This document shows positions 10,812-23,199 of a DNA stretch of 64,000 bases, piece by piece. The DNA comes from Squalus acanthias (lineage: Eukaryota). Position numbers and translations under genes: made by a program. The stretch lies in assembly GCA_030390025.1 (NCBI GenBank), contig CM059432.1, positions 92,878,001 through 92,942,000 on the forward strand. Reading direction: 5' to 3'. Numbering within the stretch: position 1 is the first letter of the stretch; each line of letters begins with the position of its first letter. The notes beneath the pieces were generated by a model. The model worked only from the letters and a program-made list of their open reading frames with translations, was not told the origin of the DNA and ran no database searches.

Positions 10812-12508
10812 GAGAAATTTGAGCTGATTAAAGAGAACCAGCATAGATTTGTAAAGGGTAGGTCATGTCTAACGAACCTAATTGAATGTTTTGCAGAAGT
10901 AACTAAAGTAGTAGGCAGGGAATGTCTATGGATGTAGCTTATAGGCACTTCCAGAAGGCATTTGATAAGGTTCCACATAAGAGACTGTTACCTAAAATTA
11001 AAGCTCATGGATTTGAAGGCAAATTATTGACCTGGTTAGGAGATTGGTTAGGCGGTAAGGGTAATGCGTATATACTCAAATTGGAAGGAGGTGATTAGTG
11101 GTGACCCACAAAGATCTATTCTGGGGCCTCAACTATTCACTATATTTATTAATGACTTAGATGACGCAATAGAGAGTCATATATCCAAGTTTGCCGATGA
11201 CACAAAGATTGGTGGCATTGTAAGTAGTGTAGACAGGAGGATAAAATTACAAAGAGACATTGCGTGAGCAAAACTGTGGCAGACGGATTTTAATGCAGGT
11301 AAGTGTGAGGTCATCCATTTTGGACGAATAAGGGAGAGATCCGAGTATTTTTTAAATGGTGAAATGCTATGCACCGTGGAGGTCCAAAAAGATTTAGGGA
11401 TCCATGTACACAAGTCACTAAAATGTAGTAGTCAGGTACAAAAAATGATCAAAAAGGCTAATAGAATATTAGCCTTTATAATTAGAGGGCTAGAATATTA
11501 AGGGGAAGAAGTTTTGTGACAGCTATACAAAGCCCTGGTTAGACCACATTTGGAATACTGGGCACCACACTTTAGAAAGGATATATTGGCCTTGGAAGGA
11601 GTGCAGCGCAGATTCACCAGAATATTAGAAACATAGAAACATAGAATCTAGGAGCAGGAGTAGGCCATTCGGCCCGTTGAGCCTGCTCCACCATTCAATA
11701 CGATCATGGCTGATCATCCAAATCCAGTACCCTGTCCCTGCTTTAATCCCCACAGTACACATATCCCACCCTACCCCCGTAACCCCACGTATTTAATTCC
11801 CCCTAACATATCCCATCCTATCCCCATAACCCCACATATTTAATCCCCCCCCTAACACTAAGGGTCAATTTATCATAGCCAGATCAACCTAACCCGCACA
11901 TTTTTGGACTGTGGGAGGAAACCGGAGCACCCGGAGGAAACCCACGCAGACACGGGGAGAATGTGCAAACTCCACACAGACAGTCACCCGAGGTCAGATT
12001 CAAACCCGGGTCTCTGGCGCTGTGAGGCACCAGTGCTAACCACTATGCCACCGTGCTGCCCCAAGGGCTCCAAGGGTTAGATTATGAGGAGAGATGATAT
12101 AAACTAGGCTTATATTCCCTGAAATAAAGATGGTTAAGGGGTGATTTAATTGAGGTTTTAGGATTTTGAAAGGAATTGATAGGGTAGAGAGAAACTTTTT
12201 CTGCTGATGGGGAGTTGAGGACAAGGGGACATATCTTTAAAATTAGAGCCAGACCATTCAGGAAAGAAGTTAGAAAACATTTCTTCATGTAAAGGGTGGT
12301 AGAAGTGTGGAACTCTCTCCTACAAAAAGCAATAGATGCTAGCTCAATTAATAATTTTAAATCTGAGATCAGCAGATTTCTGCTAGCCAAGGGCATTAAG
12401 GGATATGGAGCCAAGGCGGGTGGATGGAGTTAAGATACAGATCAGCCATGATCTAACTGAATGGCAGAACAGGGTTGAGGGGCTGAATGGCCTACTCATG
12501 CTCCTATG
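10812..12508 (+). mobile_element. CR1 LINE 3' fragment inserted into the older CR1
   Basis: FVKGRSCLTNL and [11 protein letters not shown] motifs; CR1 tail cagccatgatctaactgaatggc...tgaatggcctact at 12443-12508. Confidence 0.88.
11627..12062 (-). mobile_element. HE1-like V-SINE (tRNA head, V core, CR1 tail)
   Basis: Minus strand: ggggcagcacggtggcatagtggttagcac...gggtttgaatc head, V-domain tctgtgtggagtttgcacattctccccgtgtctgcgtgggtttcctccgggtgctccggtttcctccc, CR1-like tail and tttctatg repeats. Interrupts CR1 coding sequence. Confidence 0.9.
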
Positions 12509-12849
12509 TCATATCCCACCAATCAGAGAATGTTCCTTTTATCCCTACTCTCTGTCTTCTACCGCCCAACTAATTACCAACTCGTGTCACATGGTTAGCT
12601 CTAATTCCAGGTCCTCACATTTTTGCTAATCCTCTCTTATGTCAAATGCCTTCTGGAAGTCCATATAGACAACATTCATAGATATTCCCCTATCCACCAT
12701 GCTAGTGACATCCTTAAAAAAAAATCAACTTGATTACTCAGACATCACCTAACCTTCACAGTGCATGCTGACTCTCTTTGATCAACTGATATCTCCATGA
12801 ATTTAAATTGAATATAGGATATTTGAAACTTGACTGAATCTAACACTAA

Positions 12850-13445
12850 TTGTCAGCCATGGCTCAGTTGGTAGCACCCTTGCTTCTGAGTCAAAATGTT
12901 GTAGATTCAAGTCCCACTCCAGAGACCTGAGCACAAAAATCTAGGCTGACACTCCAGTGCAGTTGGGTGCTGAATGATCTTCTGGTGGTGTAGAAACTGT
13001 CCTTAAAACCAACTCATGTCACTGAAAAACCTCTGTCCGTCAGCAAAGACTTGTTCAGCTATGTTAGTCATTCCTCGACACATAGTCCATCTCTGTGACT
13101 TTGACTGAGCACTTGATTTTGGACCACTTGTTGTAGGTGAGGGAAGGGTGGAAATTGGAAGCAAAGTAAATGAAATTTTCTCGTTCAGGGCGAGAGCAGG
13201 AAACGGCACCAATACAGTCATCAATGTACCGGAAAAAGAGGTGAGGGAGGGGACTTGAGTAGGACTGGAACAAAGAATGTTCCACATATCCCACGAAAAG
13301 GCAGGCATAGCTAGGGCCCATGCAGGTTCCCATAGCAACACCTTTAATTTGGAGGGAGTGGAGTATTATTACTTCAAAATTACTTCATTGGCTGTAAAAC
13401 ACTTTGGGACATCTTGAACTTGCATATAAATGCAAGTTCTTTGCT
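12850..13445 (+). mobile_element. Decayed SacSINE1/DeuSINE-like SINE (head 12850-12965, tail 13370-13445)
   Basis: Head gtcagccatggctcagttggtagcac...gattcaagtcccactcc and tail cttcattggctgtaaaacactttgggac...tataaatgcaag match the 57522-57977 copy. Confidence 0.7.
13135..13362 (-). mobile_element. Penelope-like RT fragment
   Basis: ORF 13064..13333: MGTCMGPSYACLFVGYVE...FFRYIDDC, i.e. the Penelope RT GxxMG and RYIDD motifs. Confidence 0.85.
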
Positions 13446-13740
13446 TCTTTACTGGCCCATTCCACACAGCACTGCCTGTATTTGTGTATTAGATGCCAGT
13501 ACAATAGAGGACAAGTATAACTGCAATAAGGGCTCCTGAAACTGATTCTTATGAGTATGTAATGATCTGGAGAATTTGTACCAATATGCAGAGCCGTTGC
13601 TTTCCCATAGCATAAGAGATGCTCTAATAATCTTAGTTTACTAGGTGAGCGTTAAATCTGTGTTTGATCATCTGCATGCACAACACAGCATGCTAGGTGA
13701 TGGAATCATCTGGGTGGACAGTGTCAGATGTGGAAGCTTT

Positions 13741-14381
13741 AGCCGTGACTTTAACTTGGGGTGGGAATCAGGGGCTGAAGCAGGCGGAGTCTGAGACCCG
13801 GAAAATTTTAACTCTGGGCTTCATTTACACTTACCAATGTTAATTCCCACCCAAAACCAGTGGGGATGATGTGGAGGCTGCAGGCAGCCGCCTAGGACCG
13901 AAGTAAATGGTTCCCAGCAAAGTAAGTCAGGCAGGAGGGAGGTCCAGACCAATCGCAGCTGGAGGAGGGAGGGGGGTTGGTAGCTCGGGGCAGAGGAGGC
14001 CCAAGGTTTCCCTGTTGGATCAGGAGGTGTACTCCTGCTCCTTCTGGGCCACAAGAAAATTTAAAACTTCGCTACTTACCTGGGCCTCTTCTGGCCCGAT
14101 ACTGCTTGCTGCCAGTTTTTGCTGGTGACTTGGAGACTGCGTGATTCACGCATCTCACAATTCAAATTAAGTTGGGATTGGAATTATGTCATTGGACCCC
14201 GACATCTCAATATTTATGAGGCCATCACATGCCTACGGCGAGAGACTTCCACGCTCCCAAAAACCCGGGAGTTAAAATGGCGGTGGGCGGAACTGCTGCA
14301 GGGGCAGAGTGGGTTACCCAGCCACTATTTTAATCCCCACCCACACTGTTTACACTGGGCAGTCAGGGTTAAAATCGGGCT
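13741..14381. mobile_element. Harbinger-type MITE, decayed
   Basis: Imperfect TIRs agccgtgactttaac / gttaaaatcgggct; about 640 bp; no clean TSD. Confidence 0.5.
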
Positions 14382-14657
14382 TCTGTCTCTAGTATTGCAT
14401 AAATCACCATAACAGAGGTTCAACCCAATCTACAGCTCCCAACAGCTGGCTCAAGTGCAGCTCTGGGACTTGTCAGCTGCCAACCTTTCAGTGTGTGCAT
14501 GCTGTATACCATTGGAGGAGAATCACATAACCTGAAAAAATAACTCAAATTGAGGAGAAAATAATCATTAATCATAACAGCCATTTTTTTTATCATGTTG
14601 GGCCGGAATTTGTGGTCAGAGGCGTACCTCTGCGACCCAATTAAAAAAATCTGCACC

Positions 14658-15076
14658 TGGCATAGTGGTTAGCACTGGTGCCTCACAGCGCCAGAGACCC
14701 GGGTTCGAATCTGACCTCGGGTGACTGTCTGTGTGGAGTTTGCACATTCTCCTCGTGTCTGCGTGGGTTTCCTCCGGGTGCTCCGGTTTCCTCCTACAGT
14801 CCAAAAATGTGCGGGTTAGGTTGATTTGGCTATGATAAATTGACCCTTAGTGTTAGGGGGGGATTAAATATGTGGGGTTATGGGGATAGGATAGGATGGG
14901 ATATGTTAGGGGGAATATAAATACGTGGGGTTACGGGGGTAGGGTGGGATATGTGTACTGTGGGGATTAAAGCAGGGACAGGGTACTGGATTTGGATGAT
15001 CAGCCATGATCGTATTGAATGGTGGAGCAGGCTCGATGGGCCGAATGGCCTACTCCTGCTCCTAGATGCTATGTTT
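14658..15076 (+). mobile_element. HE1-like V-SINE, slightly 5'-truncated
   Basis: Near-identical reverse complement of 11627-12050. Confidence 0.9.
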
Positions 15077-15275
15077 ACCTTCAGGCTCTCGGGCTTCGGA
15101 GTCTTCGGGTCCTGGGCCAGCTGGCGTATGCCTGCGTAAAGGCCCACGGATCCCAGGGTCGCAAGCGGTTCAGAAGCGTCCCTGGGATCATGTGGACCAG
15201 ATGCTCCAATCAGAAAGGAGAATTCCTAATATACTTATGGGGATTCCATTTGCGAATGGAATCCCCATAAGCATA

Positions 15276-16487
15276 CAAAAGCAAAATACTGCGGATACAG
15301 TCATCAATGTCCCGGAAAAACAGGTGAGGGAGGGGACCCGAGTCGGACTGAAACAAAGCATGTTCCACATATCCCATGAAAAGGCAGGTATAGCTAGGAC
15401 TCATGCGGGTTCCCATCGCAACAGCTTTAATTTGGAGGAAGTGCGTGGAGTCAAAGGAGAAGTTGTTCAATGTGAGAATAAGTTCAGCCAGGCAGAGGAG
15501 GGTGGTGGTGGGGACTGGTTGGGCCTCCGTTCAAGGAGGAAGCGGAGCGCCCTCAGGCCGTCCTGGTGGGGGATGGTGGTGTAGAGGGATTGGACGTCCA
15601 TAATGAAAAAGAGACGGTTAGGGCCCTTTCAGCATTCCGAAGGGAGCACTCCCTCCGCGACACCCTGGTCCACTCCTCAATCACCCCTAACACCCTCTCC
15701 CCTTCCCACAGCACCTTCCTGTGCAAGCGCAGGAGATGCAACACCTGCCCTTTTACCTCCTCCGCTCCCACTGTCCAGGGCCCCAAACACTCCTTCCAGG
15801 TGAAACAGCGATTTACTTGTACTTGTACTTCTTTCAATTTACTATACTGTATTCGCTGCTCACGTTGTGGTCTCCTCTACATTGGGGAGACCAAATGTAG
15901 ATTGGGTGACCACTTTGCGGAACACCTCCGTTCAGTCCGCAAGCGTGACCCCGAGCTTCAGGTCACCTGTCACTTTAATTTTCCGCTCCACTCCCACTCT
16001 GATCTCTCTGTCCTCGGCCTCTTACACTGTTCCAACGAAGCTCAACGTAAGCTCGAGGAACAGCACCTCATTTTTCGATTAGGCACTTTACAGCCTTCTG
16101 GACTCAATATTGAGTTCAACAATTTCAGATCATAACCTCATTTTCACATGGCAGCTGCTAATGATTCTGCAATTCCCATTTACGCCTCTTCTAGACCCAT
16201 CTTTTGGTTCTTTACTTGTTCTATTACCATTTCCTTTTGCTTTGTACTATCATACCTTTTGTCATTTAATCACTCCTGCCTTCCAACCTAGCACAGACAT
16301 TCCCTTTTGTTCTTTCCTCCCCTCCCCCTACCCCACTTTCCTTGCCCCTGTACTTGCTTAAAATCTGTTACAACTCTAACTTTTTCCAGTTCTGACGAAA
16401 GGTCGTCGACCTGAAATGTTAACTCTGTTTCTCTCTCCACAGATGCTGCCTGACCTGCTGAGTATTTCCAGCATTTTCTGTTTTTAT
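15276..16487 (+). mobile_element. Penelope-like element with inverted 5' RT segment, GIY-YIG endonuclease and 3' pLTR
   Basis: 15293-15626 on the minus strand: MDVQSLYT, AMGTRMSPSY, RDIDDC. 15624-16135 on the plus strand: C..RCNTC, NLLYCIRCSRCGLLYIGET, LEEQHLIFRLGTLQPSGLN. 14-bp TSD tccccataagc(a/c)ta at 15262-75 and 16488-501. Confidence 0.92.
16388..16424 (+). ncRNA. Minimal type I hammerhead ribozyme motif (Penelope pLTR), with a stem III substitution
   Basis: agtt-CTGACGA-a-aggtc-gtc-gacct-GAAA-tGTT-aact. Core and stems I/II are present; the usual GAAACGTT is GAAATGTT here. Confidence 0.7.
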
Positions 16488-18084
16488 TCCCCATAAGCCT
16501 ATGAGGAATCTCCAAATAATTAAATAATTATACAACTGGAATAAAAATAAATGTTCCCATTTTCACATTTAATTAAAAGTCCCTTCAATAAAGCATTTAC
16601 AATAAAAATTAAATTTTTTGAAAAATAATTTTAAACATTTTAATCCGGGCCAAAATTTACATAAACTAATTTTAAATGTTTGTGCATGATTTTTTATTTT
16701 TTTATTTTTAATTTAAGATTTCTATTAACCCTTACGCTGGTGAAAGCAGCGTAAGGGTTTCGTGGGCATTTGTTGGGCAAATAGCCCAATTCTGCACCTT
16801 GACAGATTGCAGCGCATGTGGAAACCTGGAACTTGTGGGGCCTTTTACAAGGCTTACGATGGCATTCGCCAATGGTACACCGTCATCGGCCCTGCAAAAT
16901 CCAGGTCGTTGTTTCTGATGTTTCTTATTATCTTTCACTGTCCCGTCACCTTTTCTCCTTTTCTTCTTAATGGACACAACAAAGTATGTTTCCTGTGATT
17001 TCTGAATTTTTGATACTGGCGTATTCTGTGCTGAGGAAACCAAGTGGTGTATTCGAGGATTGTAATTTTTAGTACTTCCCAACAGCTTGATATCAGTTTT
17101 TGGTCCTATTGACATGATGGCTTATTCTGACAATAAGGAATATTTTTGTGGATTGCCTTCAATCCTGTGTTGGCCTGGTATACTGCATTGTATTTTACTT
17201 TTCAACATTGAAGTCAACAGCTGGGTTTGCAGTCAGTAAACATTGTTATTTGTGCAAAGAAATACAGTATTGAGAAAAAAAAACCTCTTAAGGAGGAGTT
17301 TCTTACCAGGTCATTTGGAATAGAATTTCCCACAAAGAAAGGCTCACTCAATGACCAGCTTTGCAATCCGTGATCTGTCTCTCAGTGCCAAGAGCGAAAT
17401 TGTTGGGACAAGATCTTGGCAACTGAGGAAACACTGATCTTGTGTGCATCGGAAGCTGGCAGCACAATCAGAAATCATGGTGCTTTCCAACTCTGGAGCT
17501 GCATTACTTTCCAGGAAGGTGCATGTAACAAAAGAAATATCTATTTGTCTGTGCTGAATTTTTTAACTTATATTTTGTACTGAGAGAAATATCATGTAAG
17601 GGGTGAATACCCAAGGTTACACAAAACAACTTGTCAGCACGAAGCCTGCAGCTGAAAACAGACAAGTTATCTGGGAAAGGACTTCACAGGGTCTGAGTGT
17701 TTTGTGATCCATACAATGGTTGTCTGAAGTGGTAATTGGGTAATCAACCTGAGGCTGTTATTTGCAAACACAAAAATCTTTGTCATTGTCAAACATTCAA
17801 TATTAATGAATGGCAATTTGCTATAATGTATTTCTGAGAGATGCAGGTGTCTGCTGCATTTGTTTCAGGATAGCTGTGGGGTGGTTGCAAGCCACCTGCA
17901 CACAGATCCAAAGGATAGGCTCCAACCTGGGGTGGTGGCTTTGATTCACAACTGTTGTTCAGACTGATGAAAGGTGGACAGGGTTACTGGTTAGCTGGTG
18001 TCTTCATTGATTGGCAGATCAGTGGTCAGAGATTTATTTTTACAAATTTTTTTGGCTCTCCATAGCCAGTTTCAATGAGTGAAT

Positions 18085-21000
18085 TTTGAAGCCAACAGCT
18101 GCAAGGCTACAGTCTGGATTGACAGACAGAACTAAGTGATCCCACAAACAGGAAATCAGGACAAAGCTCTGTAACCCTGCTACGCCCAGCCATGAATGGT
18201 GGTGGGCAATTTAGCAACTATTGGAAGGAGGAGACTTCCTGAACATCCCCATCCTCAATGATGGCAGAGCTTAATACATGAGTACAAAAGACAAGGCTGA
18301 AGTGTTTGCAACCCTCTTCAACTAGAAGTGCCGAGTTTATAATCCTTCTCGGCCTCCTCCTAAGTACCCCAGCATCATTTAGGAGAGGTTGAGAAGGAGG
18401 CCCCGCAGACACTGGTCCTGTCCAACAGGTACGATGTACTCGCTACCTGTGAGGACAAGGAGAAAGACTGCAGGGAGGACAGCCACAATGCAGACCAAGG
18501 CACCGTGGCTCAGAAGGCTGTCCAAAGGGGGGAAGAGCAGAATAGAAATGTGGTAGTGATCGGGGACTCTATAATTAGGGGGATAGATAGCATCCTCTAC
18601 AGCCAAGAACGAGAATCCCGAAGGGTGTGTTGCCTACCTGGTGCCAGGGTAAGGGATATCTCACAACGGCTGGAGAGGAACTTGGAAAGGGAGGGTGGAA
18701 ATCCAGTTGTCGTGGTCCATGTTGGAACAAACGACATAGGTAGGAACAGGGAGGAGGTCCCGCTGAAAGAGTATCAGGAGTTAGGATCTAAATTAAAAAG
18801 CAGGACCTCGAGGGTAATAATCTCTTGATTATTGCATGAGCCACGTGCAAATTGGCATAGAAGCAGACAGATCAGGGGAATTAACACGTGGCTAAAGGGC
18901 TGGTGTGGGAAAGAGAGTTTCCTTTTCATGGGACACTGGCACCAGTTCTGGGACAGGAAGGAGCTGTACCGATGGGACGGGCTCCACCTGAACTGGAATG
19001 GGACCCGTGTCCTAGCGGAAAGGGTAAATAGGGAAGTGGCAAAGGCTTTAAACTAGTACGATGGGGGGAGGAATCTACAAGAAACATAACCAGCCTAAAT
19101 ATAAACTAAACAGGAAAAGAGAGCACAGGAAAGAATAAAGTAAGGGAGGACATTCATGGCAAGGGAATAAATAGAGTTATTGAACAGAAGTCTAAAAAGA
19201 TGGTTAAACATAAAATGAGAGGAAATCCTATTAAAAGTTAGTTAAACTGTCTGTACAGCAATGCACAGTGTCTGCAATAAAACAGGGGAGCTGGAGGCAA
19301 TCATACGTTGCGAGGAACCAGACATAGTAGGGATTACTGAGACATGGCTACAGAAAAATCAGGACTGGGAATTAAACACTGCAGGGTATAAAATATTTAG
19401 AAAAGACAGGGAGGGAAAAAGGGGAGGTGGAGTAGCTGTACTTATTAAGGATAAAATAATAGCAGTAGAAAAAAGTGACACAGATATTAGCAAGACAAAA
19501 ATAGAATCCATATGGATAGAGATAAAAGATAATAAAGGATCAATCACACTAATAGGTGTAGTCTACAGACCACCTAATAGTAGAAGGGAGGTGGAGGAAG
19601 ATATATGCAGACAAATTAGGGAAATGAGTAAAAAATATAGAATAATAATCATGGGGGATTTCAACTACCCTGATATTAATTGGACAGAAGAGGTAGGTAA
19701 AGGGGATAAGGGAATGGCGTTCCTGCAATGTCTACAGGACTCCTTTCTAACCCAATATGTAAAAAGCCCAACAAGGGAGGATTCAATATTGGATCTAGTA
19801 ATGGGGAATGAACCAGAGCAGATACGAGAAGTAAAGTTAGGGAAACATATAGGCAACAGTGACCATAATATAATACACTTTAAGATGATAATTGAGAAGG
19901 ACATAAGTATGACGAAAACCAGGTTAATAGATTGGAGAAAAGCTGATTTTGAGGGGCTGAGAATAGAACTTGGGGGAAAAAAATGGGTAACAATATTGGC
20001 AAACAACGATGTAGAACAGCAATGGGAAACATTTAAAATGGTGTTCAACAGAGTGCAGGAAAAATATATTCCGCCAAAAGGAAAGAACAAACTAAACAAT
20101 AATGAGACTCCATGGATGAATAAAGCCATAAGGGAACAATTGAGGGTAAGGAAAGAGGCATACATTAAGTACACAGACAGCAGGGGAGTGCATGATAAGA
20201 GAGAATACAAAAAGATTAGGACAGAAGTCAAAAAAACCATTCGGGAGGCAAAGAGGAACTATGAAATTAAATTATCAAGGAACATAAAACAAAATAGTAA
20301 AATATTTATAGGCACAGCAATAAAAAAAGGAAGGTTGGGATGGGAATGGGGCCATTAAGGGATAGTCAGGATAATACCACAGTAACGATAAAGAGATGGC
20401 AGAAATATTAAATAATTATTTTGCTTCTGTATTTACCAGGGAGATAAAACAGGTGGATATGACATTGGATGATGAGATTAGTAATGAGATAAGCGCATTT
20501 AAAATAAAAAAAGGGGATATATTAAATAAATTAATCAAACTCAAAGAGGATAAAACCCCTGGTCTGGATGGATTGCATCCACGCATTTTAAAAGAATCTA
20601 GGGAAGAGATAGCAGAGGCATTACTACGCATATTTAATAATTCATTCGAAAAAGGTATAGTGCCAGAGGACTGGCGGATAGCTAACTTAATACCGATATT
20701 TAAGAAGGGGATAGAACATGTCCAGGGAATTATAAACCCGTCAGCTTAACATCGGTGATAAGAAAAATAATGGAATCCCTACTAAAGGAGAAAATAGAAG
20801 AACATCTAGAAACCAAAAATATAATAATGAATAGTCAACATGGATTTCAAAAGGGAAAGTTTTGCTTGTCCAACCTTATTGAATTTTTTGAAGAGGTAAC
20901 AGAGAGAGTAGACAATGGTAATGCAGTAGATGTAATTTAAATGGATTTTCAAAAGGCCTTTGATAAGGTACCCCCATAATAGACTGATGAACAAGGTCAG

Positions 21001-23175
21001 AGAATGAGGAGTCAGGGGACAAGTAGCAGAATGGATTGCTGGCTGGCTTCAGGACAGAAAGCAGAGAGTAGGAGGAAAGGGTAGCTATTTACAGTGGCAG
21101 AAGGTGGGTCGTGGTGTTCCACAAGGATCAGTGCTGGGACCACTGCTGTTCACAATTTACATTAACGATTTAGACTTAGGAATCAAAAACACAATTTCTA
21201 AATTTGCAGATGACACCAAATTGGGGGGGAATAGTCAATACTGAGGAGGACTGCAACAAGTTACAGGAGGACATTAATAAATTTGCAGAATGGGCATATA
21301 ATTGGCAAATGAAGTTCAACACAGATAAATGTGAGGTATTACATTTTGGTAGGAAGAATAGGGAGGTCACTTATCACTTGGAAGGTGCGAGTCTAGGTGG
21401 GGTAGAGGAACAAAGGGATCTAGGAGTACAAATACACAAATCACTAAAAGTTGCGACACAGGTTAGCAAGGCCATAAAAAAAAGCAAACCAAGCACTAGG
21501 GTTTATTTCTAGAGGGATAGAATTGAAAAGTAGGAAAGTTATGCTAAAGCTGTATTGAACCTTGGATAGACCACACTTAGAGTACTGCATACAGTTCTGG
21601 TCGCCATATTATAAAAAGGATATAGATGCACTGGAGAGGGTGCAGAGAAGATTTACAAGGATGATACCAGAAATGCGAGGGTATACATATCAGGAAAGGA
21701 TTAACAGGCTGGGTCTCTTTTCTCTTGAAAAAAGAAGTCTGAGTGGTGACCTAATAGAGATCTTTAAAATTATGAAAAATTTTGATAGAGTGGATACAGA
21801 GAGAATGTTTCCACTTGTGGGGAAGAGCATAACTAAAGGCCATCAATATAAGATAGTCACCAAGAAAGCCGATAGGGAATTCAGAAGAAACTTCTTTACC
21901 CAAAGAGTGGTGAAAATGTGGAACTCACTACCACAGGGAGTGGTTGAAGCAAATAGTATAGGTGCATTTAAGGAGAGGCTGGACAAGCATATGAGGGAGA
22001 AGGGAATAGAGGGTTATGCTGATAGATTTAAATGAGGAAAGACGGGAGGAGGCTCGTGTGGAGCAAAAACGCCGGCATGGACTGGTTGGGCCGAATGGCC
22101 TGTTTCTGTGCTGTATATCCTATGTAATCATAAATGCCAGTCTAGAGATGGTTGAGGTTGTTGGAAGCCAATCATCTCAGCCCCAGGACATTGCTACAGG
22201 AGTTCCTCAGAGCAGTGTCCTCGGCCCAACTATCTTCAGCTGCTTCATCAATGACCTTTGCTTCTTCATAAGGTCAGAAGTGGGGTAGTTCACTGCTGAT
22301 TATAATGTTCAGTTCCATTCGCAATTCCTCAGAAAATGAAGCAGTCCATGCCCACATGCAGCAAGACCTGGACAATATCCAGTCTTGGGCTGATAAGTAG
22401 CAAGTAACATTCGTGCCATACAAGTGCCAGGCAATGGCCATCTCAAACAAGATAGAGTCTAGCCACCTCTCCTTGACATTCAACGGCGTTACCATCATCG
22501 ACTCCGCTACAATCCACATCCTGGGGGGTCACCATTGATCAGGAACTCAACTGGAGCAGCCACATAAATGCCGTAGTTATTAAAACAGGTCAGCGGCTAG
22601 GTATTCTGCAGCGGGTGGTTCACCTCCAAGTTCCACAAAACCTATCCACCACCTACAAGGCACAAGTCAGGAGTGTGATGGAATACTCTCCACTTGCCTG
22701 AATAGGATCCTACAACAACACTCAAGAAGCTCGACACCATCTAGGACAAAGCAGTTTGTTTGATTGGCACCTCATCCACTAGTCTAAACATCCACCACTG
22801 GTGCACCATGGCTGCAGTGTGCACCATCTACAGGATGCACTGCTGCAAATCGCCAAGGCTTCTTCGGCAGCAGCTCCTTAATCCGTGACCTCCACCACCT
22901 AGGACAAGTGCAGCAGGTGCATGGGAGCACCACCACCTCGCAATTCCCCCTCGAAGTCACACACCATGTTGACTTGGCCATATATCGTTGATCCTTCATC
23001 GTCGCCGGGTCAAAATCCTGAAACTCTCTACCTAACAGCATTGTTGGAGTACCTTCACCAAACGGACTGCATCGGTTCAAGAAGGCCCACCACCAGCTTC
23101 TTGAGAGCAACCACGGATTGGCAATAAATGCCAGTCTTGCCAGAGATGCCCACATCCCCAGAATGAACAATAAAA
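18085..23175 (+). mobile_element. Decayed family B LINE, split (18085-18379 and 22130-23175) by a CR1
   Basis: NIPILNDG and KDKAE-like coding ends in cccagcatcat and resumes as atcataaatgccagtct after the CR1. Then GVPQSSVLGP and the family tail gcaataaatgccagtcttgccagagatgcccacatcccc. Confidence 0.82.
18380..22129 (+). mobile_element. Long CR1 LINE: ORF1 C-terminal SGNH esterase, ORF2 APE-RT and 3' tail; inactive (stops and frameshifts)
   Basis: ORF1 18505-19056: VVVIGDS, CLPGARV, VHVGTND, DGLHL (SGNH blocks). ORF2 19261-22035: IVGITETW, GVVYRPP, MGDFNYP, GNSDH, QHGFQKG, RPHLEYCIQFWSP. Confidence 0.95.
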
Positions 23176-23199
23176 ATACTACGCCTTAGTCTAAGAGGG

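Larger units (their letters stand above)
9975..12790 (-). mobile_element. Older CR1 LINE 3' part, split (9975-10811 and 12509-12790) by a younger CR1
   Basis: Minus-strand ORFs contain [20 protein letters not shown] and [13 protein letters not shown]; 3' tail near 9980. The sequence accacttgt at 10811 resumes as catatcccaccaatcagag at 12510. Confidence 0.85.
14600..16907. mobile_element. Harbinger-type MITE carrying nested HE1 SINE and Penelope insertions
   Basis: Imperfect TIRs gggccggaatttg / caaaatccaggtc and 3-bp TSD GTT (14597-99 and 16908-10). Internal segments resemble the 6141-6791 element (ggcccacg.atcccaggg; cttacgctggtgaaagcag). Confidence 0.7.

Noticed and set aside
16732..17115. 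127-aa Lys-rich minus-strand ORF
   Set aside because: Runs across a MITE boundary, with no domain or splice support.
19665..20240. Hydrophobic 191-aa minus-strand ORF and similar antisense ORFs over LINEs (e.g. 32639..33154, 30829..31149)
   Set aside because: Antisense to A-rich CR1 ORF2; compositional artefacts.
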